Assembly: GCA_038727515.1 (NCBI GenBank)
Contig: JAVYVS010000001.1
Coordinates: 320,001-384,000, forward strand
Length of the DNA stretch: 64,000 nucleotides
Reading direction: 5' to 3'
Source of the DNA: Candidatus Methanomethylicia archaeon
GTDB taxonomy: Archaea > Thermoproteota > Methanomethylicia > Culexarchaeales > Culexarchaeaceae
The position numbers and the translations under genes are program-made. The notes below the pieces were generated by a model. It made no database searches and was not told where the DNA came from. It saw only the letters and a list, made by a program, of their open reading frames with translations. How positions within the stretch are numbered: position 1 is the stretch's first letter; every line of letters begins with the position of its first letter. Shown here piece after piece: positions 1 through 9,845 of this stretch.

Positions 1-1
1 A

Positions 2-97
2 ATGGTTAGGGTAGCAGGGTACAGTGATTACTTCGTAAATCTACCAAAAGGATTACAAGATGAAATAATAGCTAGAACTGAACATAAAGAGTTTTAA
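2..97 (+). CDS. Glycyl radical enzyme (PFL2/HypD-like), C-terminal fragment truncated by window start
   Basis: Manual translation MVRVAGYSDYFVNLPKGLQDEIIARTEHKEF* contains the RVAGY glycyl-radical loop; stop codon abuts the activase gene. Confidence 0.9.
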   Translation: MVRVAGYSDYFVNLPKGLQDEIIARTEHKEF

Positions 98-1017
98 TGA
101 TGATTAAAATGTTAAAGGGAATGATATTTGATATAAAGAGATTTGAAATTCATGATGGACCTGGAATAAGAACAACAGTATTTCTAAAGGGATGCCCATT
201 AAGATGTTGGTGGTGTCATAATCCAGAGGGAATATCACCAACAAAAGAGGTAATGTATTTTGAATATAAATGCATACATTGTAGAACATGTGAAAAATTA
301 TGCCCAAGAAATGCTATAAAAATTGTTGACTTACAACATGTAATAATGAGGGAGAACTGTGATGGATGTGGAATTTGTGCAGAAAATTGTCCTTCAGGAG
401 CATTAAGAACTGTGGGTATGGAAATCACAGCAGAAGAACTAGTTAAAGAAATAGAAAAAGACGTAAAATTATATGACATATCGAATGGTGGAGTAACATT
501 TTCAGGTGGAGAACCACTATATCAACCAGAATTCCTCTTAGAAACATTAAAGAAATGTATGGAAAAAGGAATAAACACAGCTCTAGATACCTCAGGATAT
601 GCACAAAAAAAGGTTTTTGAAAAAGTAATTCCATATGTAAACGTCTTTCTATACGATATAAAAATAATAAATGAAGAGGATAGTTATAGGTATATAGGAG
701 CTACAAGTAAACCTATGCTAGAAAACCTAAGATTATTAATTGAAATGAATAGAGGTAAAGATGTAATATTAAGATTCCCAGTAATACCAAACATAACAGA
801 TACAAAAGAAAACATCAAAGAAATAATGAAATTAATAGAAACATTAAAGGGTATTGAAGAAATAGATCTACTACCATTCCATGATGTAAAAGAGAAATAC
901 ATTAGACTTGGAAAAGAATATAAAATGATGAGTTCAGAACCACCATCACCACAAAAACTAAAATTACTAAAGGAAATGTTTGAAGAGAAGGGTTTAAAAG
1001 TAAAGATAGGTGGATGA
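97..1017 (+). CDS. Glycyl-radical enzyme activating enzyme (radical SAM with ferredoxin insert)
   Basis: HDGPGIRTTVFLKGCPLRCWWCHNPE motif, two CxxCxxCxxxCP motifs, GGVTFSGGEP. Confidence 0.95.
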   Translation: MMIKMLKGMIFDIKRFEIHDGPGIRTTVFLKGCPLRCWWCHNPEGISPTKEVMYFEYKCIHCRTCEKLCPRNAIKIVDLQHVIMRENCDGCGICAENCPSGALRTVGMEITAEELVKEIEKDVKLYDISNGGVTFSGGEPLYQPEFLLETLKKCMEKGINTALDTSGYAQKKVFEKVIPYVNVFLYDIKIINEEDSYRYIGATSKPMLENLRLLIEMNRGKDVILRFPVIPNITDTKENIKEIMKLIETLKGIEEIDLLPFHDVKEKYIRLGKEYKMMSSEPPSPQKLKLLKEMFEEKGLKVKIGG

Positions 1018-1066
1018 ATAAAATTAGTTATCCCAACCTTTAATAATTAAATTATATAAAGTTATT

Positions 1067-2446
1067 TTGAAAGTTATGGATAAAATTAAAATAGCTATTA
1101 TAGGTGCTGGTAGTGCAGTATGGTCTTCTAGGATAATAATAGATCTCCTACTCACAGAAGATCTTTCTAAAAGTAAATTGATTTTAATGGATATAAATGA
1201 AGAAAGACTTAACTTAATTTATGATTTCTCTAGAAGGTATATTTCAGAATTAAAGGTTCAATATTGTGTGGAGAAAACAGTTGATAGGAGAGAAGCTATA
1301 AGAGATGCAGATTTCATTATTAATTCCGCTATGGTTGGTGGACACTTTTATTATGAGAAGATGAGAGAGATAAGTGAAGAACATGGTTATTATAGAGGAA
1401 TAAATAGCGTTGAATGGAATATGGTTTCAGATTACCATACTATTTGGGGTTATTATCAATTTAAATTGGCAATGAATATTGCTAGAGATATTGAAGAATT
1501 AGCTCCAAATGCATGGTTAATACAAATTGCAAATCCAGTTTTCGAATTAACTACATTAATAAGTAGAGAAACAAAGGTTAAAGTTATAGGTTTATGCCAT
1601 GGACATTTAGGATATATTGAATTAGCTGAAGCATTAGAATTAAATAAAGAACTTGTAGAAGCTGAAGTTATAGGATTTAATCATGTAGTTTGGCTTACAA
1701 AATTCAAGTATAACAATGAAGATGCATATCATTTAATTGATGAATGGATAAAATCTAAAGCTGAAAAATACTGGAATAAATGGCGTGTATCACAGGTAAA
1801 CCCATTTGATATTCAAATGTCTCCAGCAGCCATAGACATGTATAAAACCTATGGATTATTCCCAATTGGAGATACAGTTAGAGGGGGGACATGGAAATAT
1901 CATTGGAATCTAAAAACTAAACAATATTGGTATGGCCCCCTTGGAGGACCTGATTCTGAAATTGGGTGGATGATGTATATAACGGGATTAACTAAGAGGA
2001 TGAATGAACTTTCAAAAATCGTCTATAGTCAAAAACCAATAACAAGTTTAATACCACCAATTAAAAGTGGTGAATCTGTTATTCCAATAATAGATTCAAT
2101 AGTCAATGATAAGAGGAATGTATATCAAGTCAATGTGTTAAATCAATCATCAATACCATCAATACCAGACAATGTAGCTGTAGAAATGCCAGTTATAATA
2201 GATGGTAAAGGGATTCATAAAATGAAATTCAATCCACTACCAAAGAAAATAATGAATTACGTTATACAACCTAGAATGATGAGAATGGAATGGGCATTAG
2301 AAGCATACTTAGAGGGGGGAAGAGATGCATTATTTCAATGGTTAATAGTGGATCCAAGAACTAAAAATACAAAACAAGTAGAAGAAACTATAGATGCAAT
2401 ACTATCAATACCAGAAAATATTGAAATGGCAAAATACTTCAAATAA
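1067..2446 (+). CDS. Family 4 glycoside hydrolase (NAD+/Mn-dependent alpha-glucosidase/galactosidase/glucuronidase type)
   Basis: KIAIIGAGSAVW Rossmann start, ANP, GLCHG, GFNH motifs. Confidence 0.9.
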   Translation: MKVMDKIKIAIIGAGSAVWSSRIIIDLLLTEDLSKSKLILMDINEERLNLIYDFSRRYISELKVQYCVEKTVDRREAIRDADFIINSAMVGGHFYYEKMREISEEHGYYRGINSVEWNMVSDYHTIWGYYQFKLAMNIARDIEELAPNAWLIQIANPVFELTTLISRETKVKVIGLCHGHLGYIELAEALELNKELVEAEVIGFNHVVWLTKFKYNNEDAYHLIDEWIKSKAEKYWNKWRVSQVNPFDIQMSPAAIDMYKTYGLFPIGDTVRGGTWKYHWNLKTKQYWYGPLGGPDSEIGWMMYITGLTKRMNELSKIVYSQKPITSLIPPIKSGESVIPIIDSIVNDKRNVYQVNVLNQSSIPSIPDNVAVEMPVIIDGKGIHKMKFNPLPKKIMNYVIQPRMMRMEWALEAYLEGGRDALFQWLIVDPRTKNTKQVEETIDAILSIPENIEMAKYFK

Positions 2447-2498
2447 ACTTAAATTCAATTAGAAACCCATTTATCACACTAAAACAAAATATGTTTTC

Positions 2499-3509
2499 AT
2501 GATGAAACCCAGATTATTCATTACACGTGAACTTTTCACAGACATCATAGACAAGCTTTCAGAATATTATGAAATTGAAATTTGGGATAAGTATACTCCA
2601 CCACCATACCACACTTTACTGGAAAAAGTGAAAGAAATAGATGCATTAGTTTCGCTATTAACAGACAAAATAGATAACAATTTAATAAGTAATGCCAAAA
2701 AATTGAGGATAGTAGCGCAATATGCTGTTGGTTATGATAATATTGATATCGAAAATGCAACTAAACATGGAATATATGTAACAAATACACCTGGAGTTTT
2801 AACTGAATCAACAGCTGAATTAACCTGGGCATTAATACTTGGAGTTGCAAGAAGAATTGTAGAAGCAGATCACTTTGTTAGATGGGGTGAATGGTGGAGG
2901 ACTGGTACAGGATGGCATCCAAAGATGATGCTTGGAATAGAATTAATGAATAAAACCCTTGGAATAATAGGTTTAGGTAGAATTGGAAGTAGAGTGGCGG
3001 AAATAGGTAGAGCATTCAAAATGAAAGTAATATACTTTGATATAAATAGAAATTTTGAAATAGAAGAGAAACTTGGAATTGAATATAAAGGGCTAGATGA
3101 AGTTTTAAAGGAATCAGATGTAATATCTATACATACACCATTAACTAAGGATACATATCATATGATTAATGAAGAAAGATTGAAGCTGATGAAGAAAAAC
3201 GCAATAATAATAAATACTGCTAGAGGTTCAATAATAGATACTAACGCTTTAGTAAAAGCTTTAAGGGAAGGTTGGATTGCAGGAGCTGGAATAGAAGTTT
3301 TTGAAGAAGAACCATTACCACCAAATCATCCATTAACATCATTTAAAAACGTTATATTAACACCACACATTGGAAGCGCAACATATGAAGCAAGACATGC
3401 AATGGCTGAAAAAGTAATGGAAAACTTAATAGCATTCATAAATGGAGAGATACCACCAAACTTAGTAAATAAAGAAGTAATAAAAGTTAGAAAACCAGGC
3501 TTCAAATAA
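2499..3509 (+). CDS. gyaR: Glyoxylate reductase (D-2-hydroxyacid dehydrogenase family)
   Basis: AQYAVGYDNID, TNTPGVLT, GLGRIG, INTARG, TPHIGSAT; resembles archaeal GyaR. Confidence 0.85.
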   Translation: MMKPRLFITRELFTDIIDKLSEYYEIEIWDKYTPPPYHTLLEKVKEIDALVSLLTDKIDNNLISNAKKLRIVAQYAVGYDNIDIENATKHGIYVTNTPGVLTESTAELTWALILGVARRIVEADHFVRWGEWWRTGTGWHPKMMLGIELMNKTLGIIGLGRIGSRVAEIGRAFKMKVIYFDINRNFEIEEKLGIEYKGLDEVLKESDVISIHTPLTKDTYHMINEERLKLMKKNAIIINTARGSIIDTNALVKALREGWIAGAGIEVFEEEPLPPNHPLTSFKNVILTPHIGSATYEARHAMAEKVMENLIAFINGEIPPNLVNKEVIKVRKPGFK

Positions 3510-3565
3510 ACAATCACAATCCTCTTAAAACCTTCTTTAACGGATAGTTTCCAGTGGAATTTTAA

Positions 3566-5227
3566 TTAGAGATTATTTATTTTAGCATATTCCTTTGCTG
3601 CTTCTATAACTTTTTCAGCTTCTTCAGAATACTTCGGTATTGTGTCTTCAACTATACATAATGCTGGTATCACTTTTTCCTTGGGATTTGGTATAAAGAA
3701 TTTTTGATGACCAAATTCATGTACACCAGTACTCCCCCTTCCAGGTGATGGATGTGATAAATGATATGTTGTTCTAACATATTTATGGAAGAAATCAATG
3801 TAGTTCTTTGGAAAAGGAACATGATAGAATGGTATTAATGGGAATAATGCATCATAATATGCTTCACCAAATATTAAGAAATCCTTACCATATCTTGATT
3901 TAAGCTTGTTAACTAATTCCTTTAAACCTTCATACATATCATACCTATAATCATTAACATACAAATGCGGTATATCAAAGAATGCTCCATCAACTTTAAA
4001 TTCATCTGTAATTTTACAAATGGAATTATACAAGTGATCTTGGAATTTCGGATTCCCAAGATTTAACGGTATCCATGTATCATCGCGTTCTCTATCAGCA
4101 TCCCAATCAACCCAATTAGGTGGAACTACACTCAATTCATATTTATCTTTGAAAATTGCTTCCTCCAATCCAAGTTTTTTAACCCATCTAAAACCTGCTG
4201 CTACAGCACCATACATTGGTACTACATGCATTCCAAGTTCATGTGCACCATCAACAAGCTTCTTAAATCCTTCAACTCCACCCAATTCTGGATCTGGTTC
4301 ATAAATGGGATAATCATAGTAATATCTCCCATTAAATCCCGGTAGGAATACTAAAACTCTATAACCTTCAATCCTCTCTGAAATCCATTCCAATATTTTA
4401 AGCATTTTATCAAATGTATTAAATATATACCCAGTCCAATGTTTACCATGCATATTAACAACTAATGAAACTTTCTTCATCCAATCCGGAACATCACCTC
4501 TATCCTCCCAAGATTTAAGCCCCCATTTCTCCTCCATAAAATTCATCCTCATCTTAAAAACATCCCATGGATCACTGCAGAAACCAATTCTCCAAATTGG
4601 AACCTCAATAAAATTAGATAGATTCATAGCTTTTTCCTCATGATACAATTCAATAACGCAAACACCATCTAAATCTCTCCTAATGGCAAAACGTTTAGGT
4701 CTAAAGATTCCATCCATACTTAAAGCATAGAAATATCTATCTAAATCCTTTACATATGTTAAAAGTATTGGTGTAGGTAGACTACGTGTATAACTAGTCC
4801 ATACCCTCGGATAATTCAATACTAAACCTTGATCTAAATTCAAATCTTCAAAATTAAATGAACTAGTTAAAACCTTATCAACATGAATACCTTTAATTAA
4901 GACGCCAAGGGATTTTATCTTCCATTCTTCAAAAGATAAATCACGATGAAGATTTGCATTACCAAATTCAATTTTAGCTTTACACATAATCTCTATGAAA
5001 TTGCCTTTATCATTTAAGCAAGCTTCAAAATAACCATCAATCTTTCCCTTACCACCAGCATAAAAGAAACTATTAGAGTATAATTTCAGCGTATTCTCAT
5101 AATATGAAACTTTAGTCTTTTCAGGATCAACACCATAAATATTGTCAAGTGTAAAAATTCTAAAGGAAAAATCAAAATCTTTAAATCGATGATATTTATC
5201 ACCAAAATTATAACTTAAATCCATCAA
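3566..5227 (-). CDS. Uncharacterised glycoside-hydrolase-like TIM-barrel protein
   Basis: GGVEGFKKLVDGAHELGMHVV and VDGAFFD segments typical of GH (beta/alpha)8 barrels; family not assignable. Confidence 0.55.
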   Translation of the reverse strand: MMDLSYNFGDKYHRFKDFDFSFRIFTLDNIYGVDPEKTKVSYYENTLKLYSNSFFYAGGKGKIDGYFEACLNDKGNFIEIMCKAKIEFGNANLHRDLSFEEWKIKSLGVLIKGIHVDKVLTSSFNFEDLNLDQGLVLNYPRVWTSYTRSLPTPILLTYVKDLDRYFYALSMDGIFRPKRFAIRRDLDGVCVIELYHEEKAMNLSNFIEVPIWRIGFCSDPWDVFKMRMNFMEEKWGLKSWEDRGDVPDWMKKVSLVVNMHGKHWTGYIFNTFDKMLKILEWISERIEGYRVLVFLPGFNGRYYYDYPIYEPDPELGGVEGFKKLVDGAHELGMHVVPMYGAVAAGFRWVKKLGLEEAIFKDKYELSVVPPNWVDWDADRERDDTWIPLNLGNPKFQDHLYNSICKITDEFKVDGAFFDIPHLYVNDYRYDMYEGLKELVNKLKSRYGKDFLIFGEAYYDALFPLIPFYHVPFPKNYIDFFHKYVRTTYHLSHPSPGRGSTGVHEFGHQKFFIPNPKEKVIPALCIVEDTIPKYSEEAEKVIEAAKEYAKINNL

Positions 5228-5282
5228 ATCAATACACCAATAACATTTAAGAGAACCAAAAAATAAAAAATTTAATTTAAAT

Positions 5283-5975
5283 TTATTTAGACTTCTTCTT
5301 TACATCCATGTATATCATTATACAGAGTATCACTATGAATACTGGTATCATGTAGTATGCTGGATAGGATAATAAATATTGCATTCTACCAGTAAATAAT
5401 GTCATCCTGCTGAGTACTGTTCCACCAAATGCACCACCAAATGTGAACATGAGTACATATCTACCAGCTTTAGCTATATATCCCATAGGTTTACGAATAA
5501 CACTTATATCTGTGAAGAAGAAGTATAGGAAAGATGATATAAAGCCTAAGACTATAATTAGATTGTCTATTGGAGTGTATGGTCCAGTGGTTAATGAAAT
5601 TACACTAGCTTTAATCTGTCTAACTATTTGAGCTTCAATAAGTGCTCTCACAGATACACCAGTACCAACACCAACCATCACAGCCATGGAATATCTACTA
5701 ATCCAAGCTTGCTTAACAGTAAATCTTGTGAAAAGCATTATTCCAAGTATTATTGGTATGATAAACCAGTAATTACCTGCAGAAATCCTAGATACACCCT
5801 GATCCAAAATATTCTTCACAGCAAAGGCAACACCATAACCAGCATAAAGACCAACAAAAGTATGTTCAGCAATTCTATACAATATATTTTCCCTATAAAG
5901 TAGACTGTAAATCATCAATGTTAATGCAGCAGCTATTAAACCTGAAATAAGCGAAGCCAATTCCGCAAACTCCAT
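5283..5975 (-). CDS. Four-gene membrane system copy 1, subunit D (multi-pass membrane protein)
   Basis: LYRENxxYRxAE and GRYxxxxxFGxxFG motifs shared with 30230-30895 and 52209-52985; start moved to ATG 5975 (TAATG overlap with upstream stop). Confidence 0.85.
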   Translation of the reverse strand: MEFAELASLISGLIAAALTLMIYSLLYRENILYRIAEHTFVGLYAGYGVAFAVKNILDQGVSRISAGNYWFIIPIILGIMLFTRFTVKQAWISRYSMAVMVGVGTGVSVRALIEAQIVRQIKASVISLTTGPYTPIDNLIIVLGFISSFLYFFFTDISVIRKPMGYIAKAGRYVLMFTFGGAFGGTVLSRMTLFTGRMQYLLSYPAYYMIPVFIVILCIMIYMDVKKKSK

Positions 5976-6781
5976 TATCTCACCCTCCTCCCACCTAACC
6001 AATACTGTAAATTACCAATCACAATCAATATGACAACAAATAAATGCGAAAGTGAAAGAGCATCAGAGGAAGCGCAAGCTTCTCCAGGGCTGGCAATTAA
6101 AACTTCGTATTCAGCTGCAGCTCTAATACCAGCCACCATACCAACCAATTGACCTGCACTAATATATGGCATATATCCAGGGGCATTCATACCCCAAGTC
6201 ATAATTGCCACTGGAACACCATATGGAGTATAGAATTGCCTTATGTAAGGTTCACAATAACCGGTAGCAATAACCAATGCTAGATCCTTAGCAGTCTTAA
6301 CATTCTTCATTAATGGTATTTGCTCTATGGGTGTACCATAAACATCTCTGGGTAGTGCTTTATGAATGTTCTCAGCTATAGCAGCCATAGCAGTTTCATA
6401 ACCAGTAACATAACCAAAATCAACATAATCAACACCATAAGTCTTCTTTTCCAATAAATGAGCAATAGCAGGCTTAATTCTAGTAGCAAAATTTGTTGGA
6501 CCTTCAGCTGTATATAGTGAAATAAGGATTATCTTAACATTTTTACTTAGTAGATGCTTTAGAACTGCAATATTTGAGGGGCCATGTTCAGGCCAACTTG
6601 CAGCTCCAACACCATACTCAAATAATACAACACTACCCGGAGGTAGCGATTCAATTTTATCATACAATGCCTTTACTGGAGCGGTTATTGGTAATGGTAA
6701 TCCTAGAGGTCTAAGTAATGGTGCACCGACTACAATGAATAATAGTAGATACATATACCTTGGGTCAATTTCTTTAACCAT
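5975..6781 (-). CDS. Four-gene membrane system copy 1, subunit C (TM - soluble domain - TM)
   Basis: YGVDYVDFGY and RAAAEYE motifs shared with the other two copies; start moved to ATG 6781 after GGAGGT SD. Confidence 0.85.
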   Translation of the reverse strand: MVKEIDPRYMYLLLFIVVGAPLLRPLGLPLPITAPVKALYDKIESLPPGSVVLFEYGVGAASWPEHGPSNIAVLKHLLSKNVKIILISLYTAEGPTNFATRIKPAIAHLLEKKTYGVDYVDFGYVTGYETAMAAIAENIHKALPRDVYGTPIEQIPLMKNVKTAKDLALVIATGYCEPYIRQFYTPYGVPVAIMTWGMNAPGYMPYISAGQLVGMVAGIRAAAEYEVLIASPGEACASSDALSLSHLFVVILIVIGNLQYWLGGRRVR

Positions 6782-6785
6782 GTTC

Positions 6786-7433
6786 TCAACCTCCACCTCC
6801 AGCTTTAAGCCAAGCACTCTCTCTACCACTAAATGTCCTAATTGCAAGAGCTAGAGCACCTATAGCTGCGCCAACCATTATAGCCCTTTGACCAGCTGTT
6901 ATTGGAACACCCATAGCCCATGCACCCAAGGTAACTATTCCAGGATGTATATAGCCACCTATAGGTGCATTATAGAGTATAACAATTATCCCAGCCACTA
7001 AGAATATAGTTGTCTCAAGATTTCTAGCTCTAAAAGCTCTATATGATGCAGAAGTTATGAAGAAAGCAAGTATAGAGTAGACTGTTGGATCTAATGCAGC
7101 TATTGTCGTCGTATAAAGCCATCTATAACTTGGATGCCCCGTTATTGGTGGAAGTAAACCTAATATTGCCATAAGATACATTAAGAAAAGTGTCCATGCA
7201 CTTAATGCTCTCCTAACAACATCTTTCTCCCTCATAACAACTCGTCCATGAACAATTGTTAAGTTTATAACACCCATAAACATTGCAAATGCTGAAAGAA
7301 TGATAATCCAAACTTGAAGATCTGAAACAGCACTATGTAAAACTGGGATATCGAAAAAGTAATCTGCAAATGCCATAATACCTAGAATTGCAGTTAGGAA
7401 GAGTGGTAATTCACGTCTACGAAGCCAAGACAT
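6786..7433 (-). CDS. Four-gene membrane system copy 1, subunit B (multi-pass membrane protein)
   Basis: YRAFRARN motif; MSWLRRRELPL start matches MSWVRRREIPL of copy 2. Confidence 0.85.
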   Translation of the reverse strand: MSWLRRRELPLFLTAILGIMAFADYFFDIPVLHSAVSDLQVWIIILSAFAMFMGVINLTIVHGRVVMREKDVVRRALSAWTLFLMYLMAILGLLPPITGHPSYRWLYTTTIAALDPTVYSILAFFITSASYRAFRARNLETTIFLVAGIIVILYNAPIGGYIHPGIVTLGAWAMGVPITAGQRAIMVGAAIGALALAIRTFSGRESAWLKAGGGG

Positions 7434-7445
7434 GATACACACCCC

Positions 7446-8231
7446 CTATATACTAAGTAGATCCGTAAACCATTTCCCATACGCCGCTCCTAAAGTTGCT
7501 AAGATTGCTCCAATTATAGCTAACAATGATAGAAACATGCGGCCAAAATCCTCACCCACAATGGTTCCAATCTGCTCTGGATCCTTTGATAAATAGGCGC
7601 TTGCAGCAAAAATCTCTTCACCAATCAATGCATAATCACATACAGCTACGAAGAATGGTATATTATGATAGTTGGCGGTTCCACCAACTTGTACAGCTCC
7701 AGCTTTATATGCATTCTCTAATATCATTAAAGTTTCAGCATAGAATCCTCCAACCATAATAGTTCCAGCAACCTTCTGCCTATGTATTATACCCATGGCT
7801 GTAGTAGCCATTGGAAACTGACTATAAACAAATCTAACCATTTCTGGTCTAAATTTATCAGCTTTACCTTCAGCTTGAAAAGCTAATCTCACATTTTCCA
7901 AAGCCAATGGATAAACATCTTGAACTGCTATGAGCATAATAGGCTCTACATCATACCTTGCAGCTAAAGTAGTAGCATAATTAGTTACTGTAAGCCCAGC
8001 GAGAGTTTGAGCAGTTACACCTTCAATACCTGGAACCATAAGTAATGGTCTACCCATTTCAGCACATCTACCAATAACTTCTTCAATTGCATCAAGTGGA
8101 GCAATCTTACGCAACTTAAATATAGGCTTTCTCCTAGAAAGCCAAAGAGAAGTCAACATGAGAAAACACAGCACTAGAAATATCACAAATTGAGATATTC
8201 TTCCTTGAATTAACAAGAAAATCACTCTCAA
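7446..8231 (-). CDS. Four-gene membrane system copy 1, subunit A (DUF6754-like)
   Basis: LRKIAPLDAIEEVIGRCAEMGRP and PFFVAVCDYALIGEEIFAASAYLSKD; DUF6754 assignment from recalled family consensus. Confidence 0.8.
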   Translation of the reverse strand: MRVIFLLIQGRISQFVIFLVLCFLMLTSLWLSRRKPIFKLRKIAPLDAIEEVIGRCAEMGRPLLMVPGIEGVTAQTLAGLTVTNYATTLAARYDVEPIMLIAVQDVYPLALENVRLAFQAEGKADKFRPEMVRFVYSQFPMATTAMGIIHRQKVAGTIMVGGFYAETLMILENAYKAGAVQVGGTANYHNIPFFVAVCDYALIGEEIFAASAYLSKDPEQIGTIVGEDFGRMFLSLLAIIGAILATLGAAYGKWFTDLLSI

Positions 8232-8271
8232 TAATACTTAAATATACATAACAGATATATAAAAATAACGA

Positions 8272-9840
8272 GTGAAAATGGACTTAAAAAATAAATTAAT
8301 TGAGTTAGACGGAAAAATATTCGATTTTTATGTAAAAAATTTGAAAGAAATGCATGTACCATCCGCAGAAAACATAAACGCAATAATTGAAGAAATAGGA
8401 AAATTAAGGAAAGAAGTACTTGAAGTTAAGGAGTATATATGTGAAGATGATGTGGAAAATATTGTTTGGGCACAACATTTAATTGAATTGCTTGATTGCT
8501 GGGAGATTGGAATTAAAGAAAATACTAGACATCCAAGTAAATATCTCCGTGGAATAGGATTTAGAATCGCCAAAATACTTGAAGATGAAAAAAAGAGTAT
8601 AATTGAGAAAGCAGAAAAGATCAATGGATTATCAACGAAAATTTTAGAGATATTATCAGCAGTATATGAATTATGCCTAAAAGTTAGCGATGAAAAAATT
8701 ATAAGAACGATTAAATGTGCAAATGGATTAAAGAGGGATATAGATAGATACATTAAAATCATTGAAGAAATGATTTTAGAAAAAGAGGAGGAAAGAAAGG
8801 CAAAACAACAAATCATTGAAAAATTAAGTATTATGAGAAATTCAGTGGAAGAATTTGAATTAAAGGTTAAAGGGATCATTGGAGAGAAGAGGGAAATAGT
8901 TGATGAGATACCATATGAAACTCTAATGGAGAAACATTATAGGATACCAATAAAATGGGTATTAAGTTGGTATAAAGAAGAATTGGAGAATGCAAAGAAA
9001 AGATTCCATGAAATGGCAAGTAAATTTGATCCAAATAAAAATCCACTACAAGTATTAAGGGAAAAGATACATATTCCATATGAAAGTCCTGAAGAAATGT
9101 TTAAGGATATGGAGAGATTTCTAGAAATAGCTAAAGAAAATGCTAAAAAGTATTTAGATTTCCCAGATGAAGTTACATGTAAAGTTGTAGGTGTTAAAGA
9201 ATTTGAAAAAGATGTTTATCCAATGGGTCATGCTGGAGGACCAGACCCACTAGAAGGAGGATTAGAAAGCTATGTTGCATTAAACCAATACAATTATAAA
9301 GCATTTTCAAAGGGGTGGCTTATGATGATGGCAATACATGAAGCATATTATGGCCATAATATACATTCAATAAAGATAGGTTTAGCAAACATACCAAAAA
9401 CATTTAAGATAGGTAGTGGAATAGCAACACCAATATCTGAGGGGCTTGCACATAGAGGTGAAGAATTGCTACAACACATATATGGTGATGAAGCATTCCC
9501 ACTACTAGTAGCTTGGAGGAGGATGCAAACAACATTGAGAATATATATTGATATAGGTTTATTCTGTACGAAAACCATAACTCCGAATGATGCAGTTAAA
9601 TTGTATATGGATGTAATGGGATTTGATGAACAAACATCCAGAGGTTTAGTGGAATGGCATTTGGAGAATAGAGGGTATAATGTATGCTATTTCACAGGAT
9701 ATAAAATGATAGAAGAACTACGTAAATATACAAGTATGAGTGAGAAAGATTTTAGTAATACATTGTTCTCAGCTGGATTTATATCAATTAGTAATGCAAA
9801 AAGACTCCTTAAAATAAAGGATAAAATGCCATGGGAATAA
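8272..9840 (+). CDS. DUF885-family putative metallopeptidase
   Basis: HEAYYGH, SEGLAHRGE and C-terminal YFTGYKMIEELR match the DUF885 layout. Confidence 0.7.
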   Translation: MKMDLKNKLIELDGKIFDFYVKNLKEMHVPSAENINAIIEEIGKLRKEVLEVKEYICEDDVENIVWAQHLIELLDCWEIGIKENTRHPSKYLRGIGFRIAKILEDEKKSIIEKAEKINGLSTKILEILSAVYELCLKVSDEKIIRTIKCANGLKRDIDRYIKIIEEMILEKEEERKAKQQIIEKLSIMRNSVEEFELKVKGIIGEKREIVDEIPYETLMEKHYRIPIKWVLSWYKEELENAKKRFHEMASKFDPNKNPLQVLREKIHIPYESPEEMFKDMERFLEIAKENAKKYLDFPDEVTCKVVGVKEFEKDVYPMGHAGGPDPLEGGLESYVALNQYNYKAFSKGWLMMMAIHEAYYGHNIHSIKIGLANIPKTFKIGSGIATPISEGLAHRGEELLQHIYGDEAFPLLVAWRRMQTTLRIYIDIGLFCTKTITPNDAVKLYMDVMGFDEQTSRGLVEWHLENRGYNVCYFTGYKMIEELRKYTSMSEKDFSNTLFSAGFISISNAKRLLKIKDKMPWE

Positions 9841-9845
9841 ATACA

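Noticed and set aside
6786-6800. C-terminal Gly-Gly on membrane subunits as ubiquitin-like conjugation tails
   Set aside because: Explained by the overlapping GGAGG Shine-Dalgarno of the next gene; no beta-grasp domain
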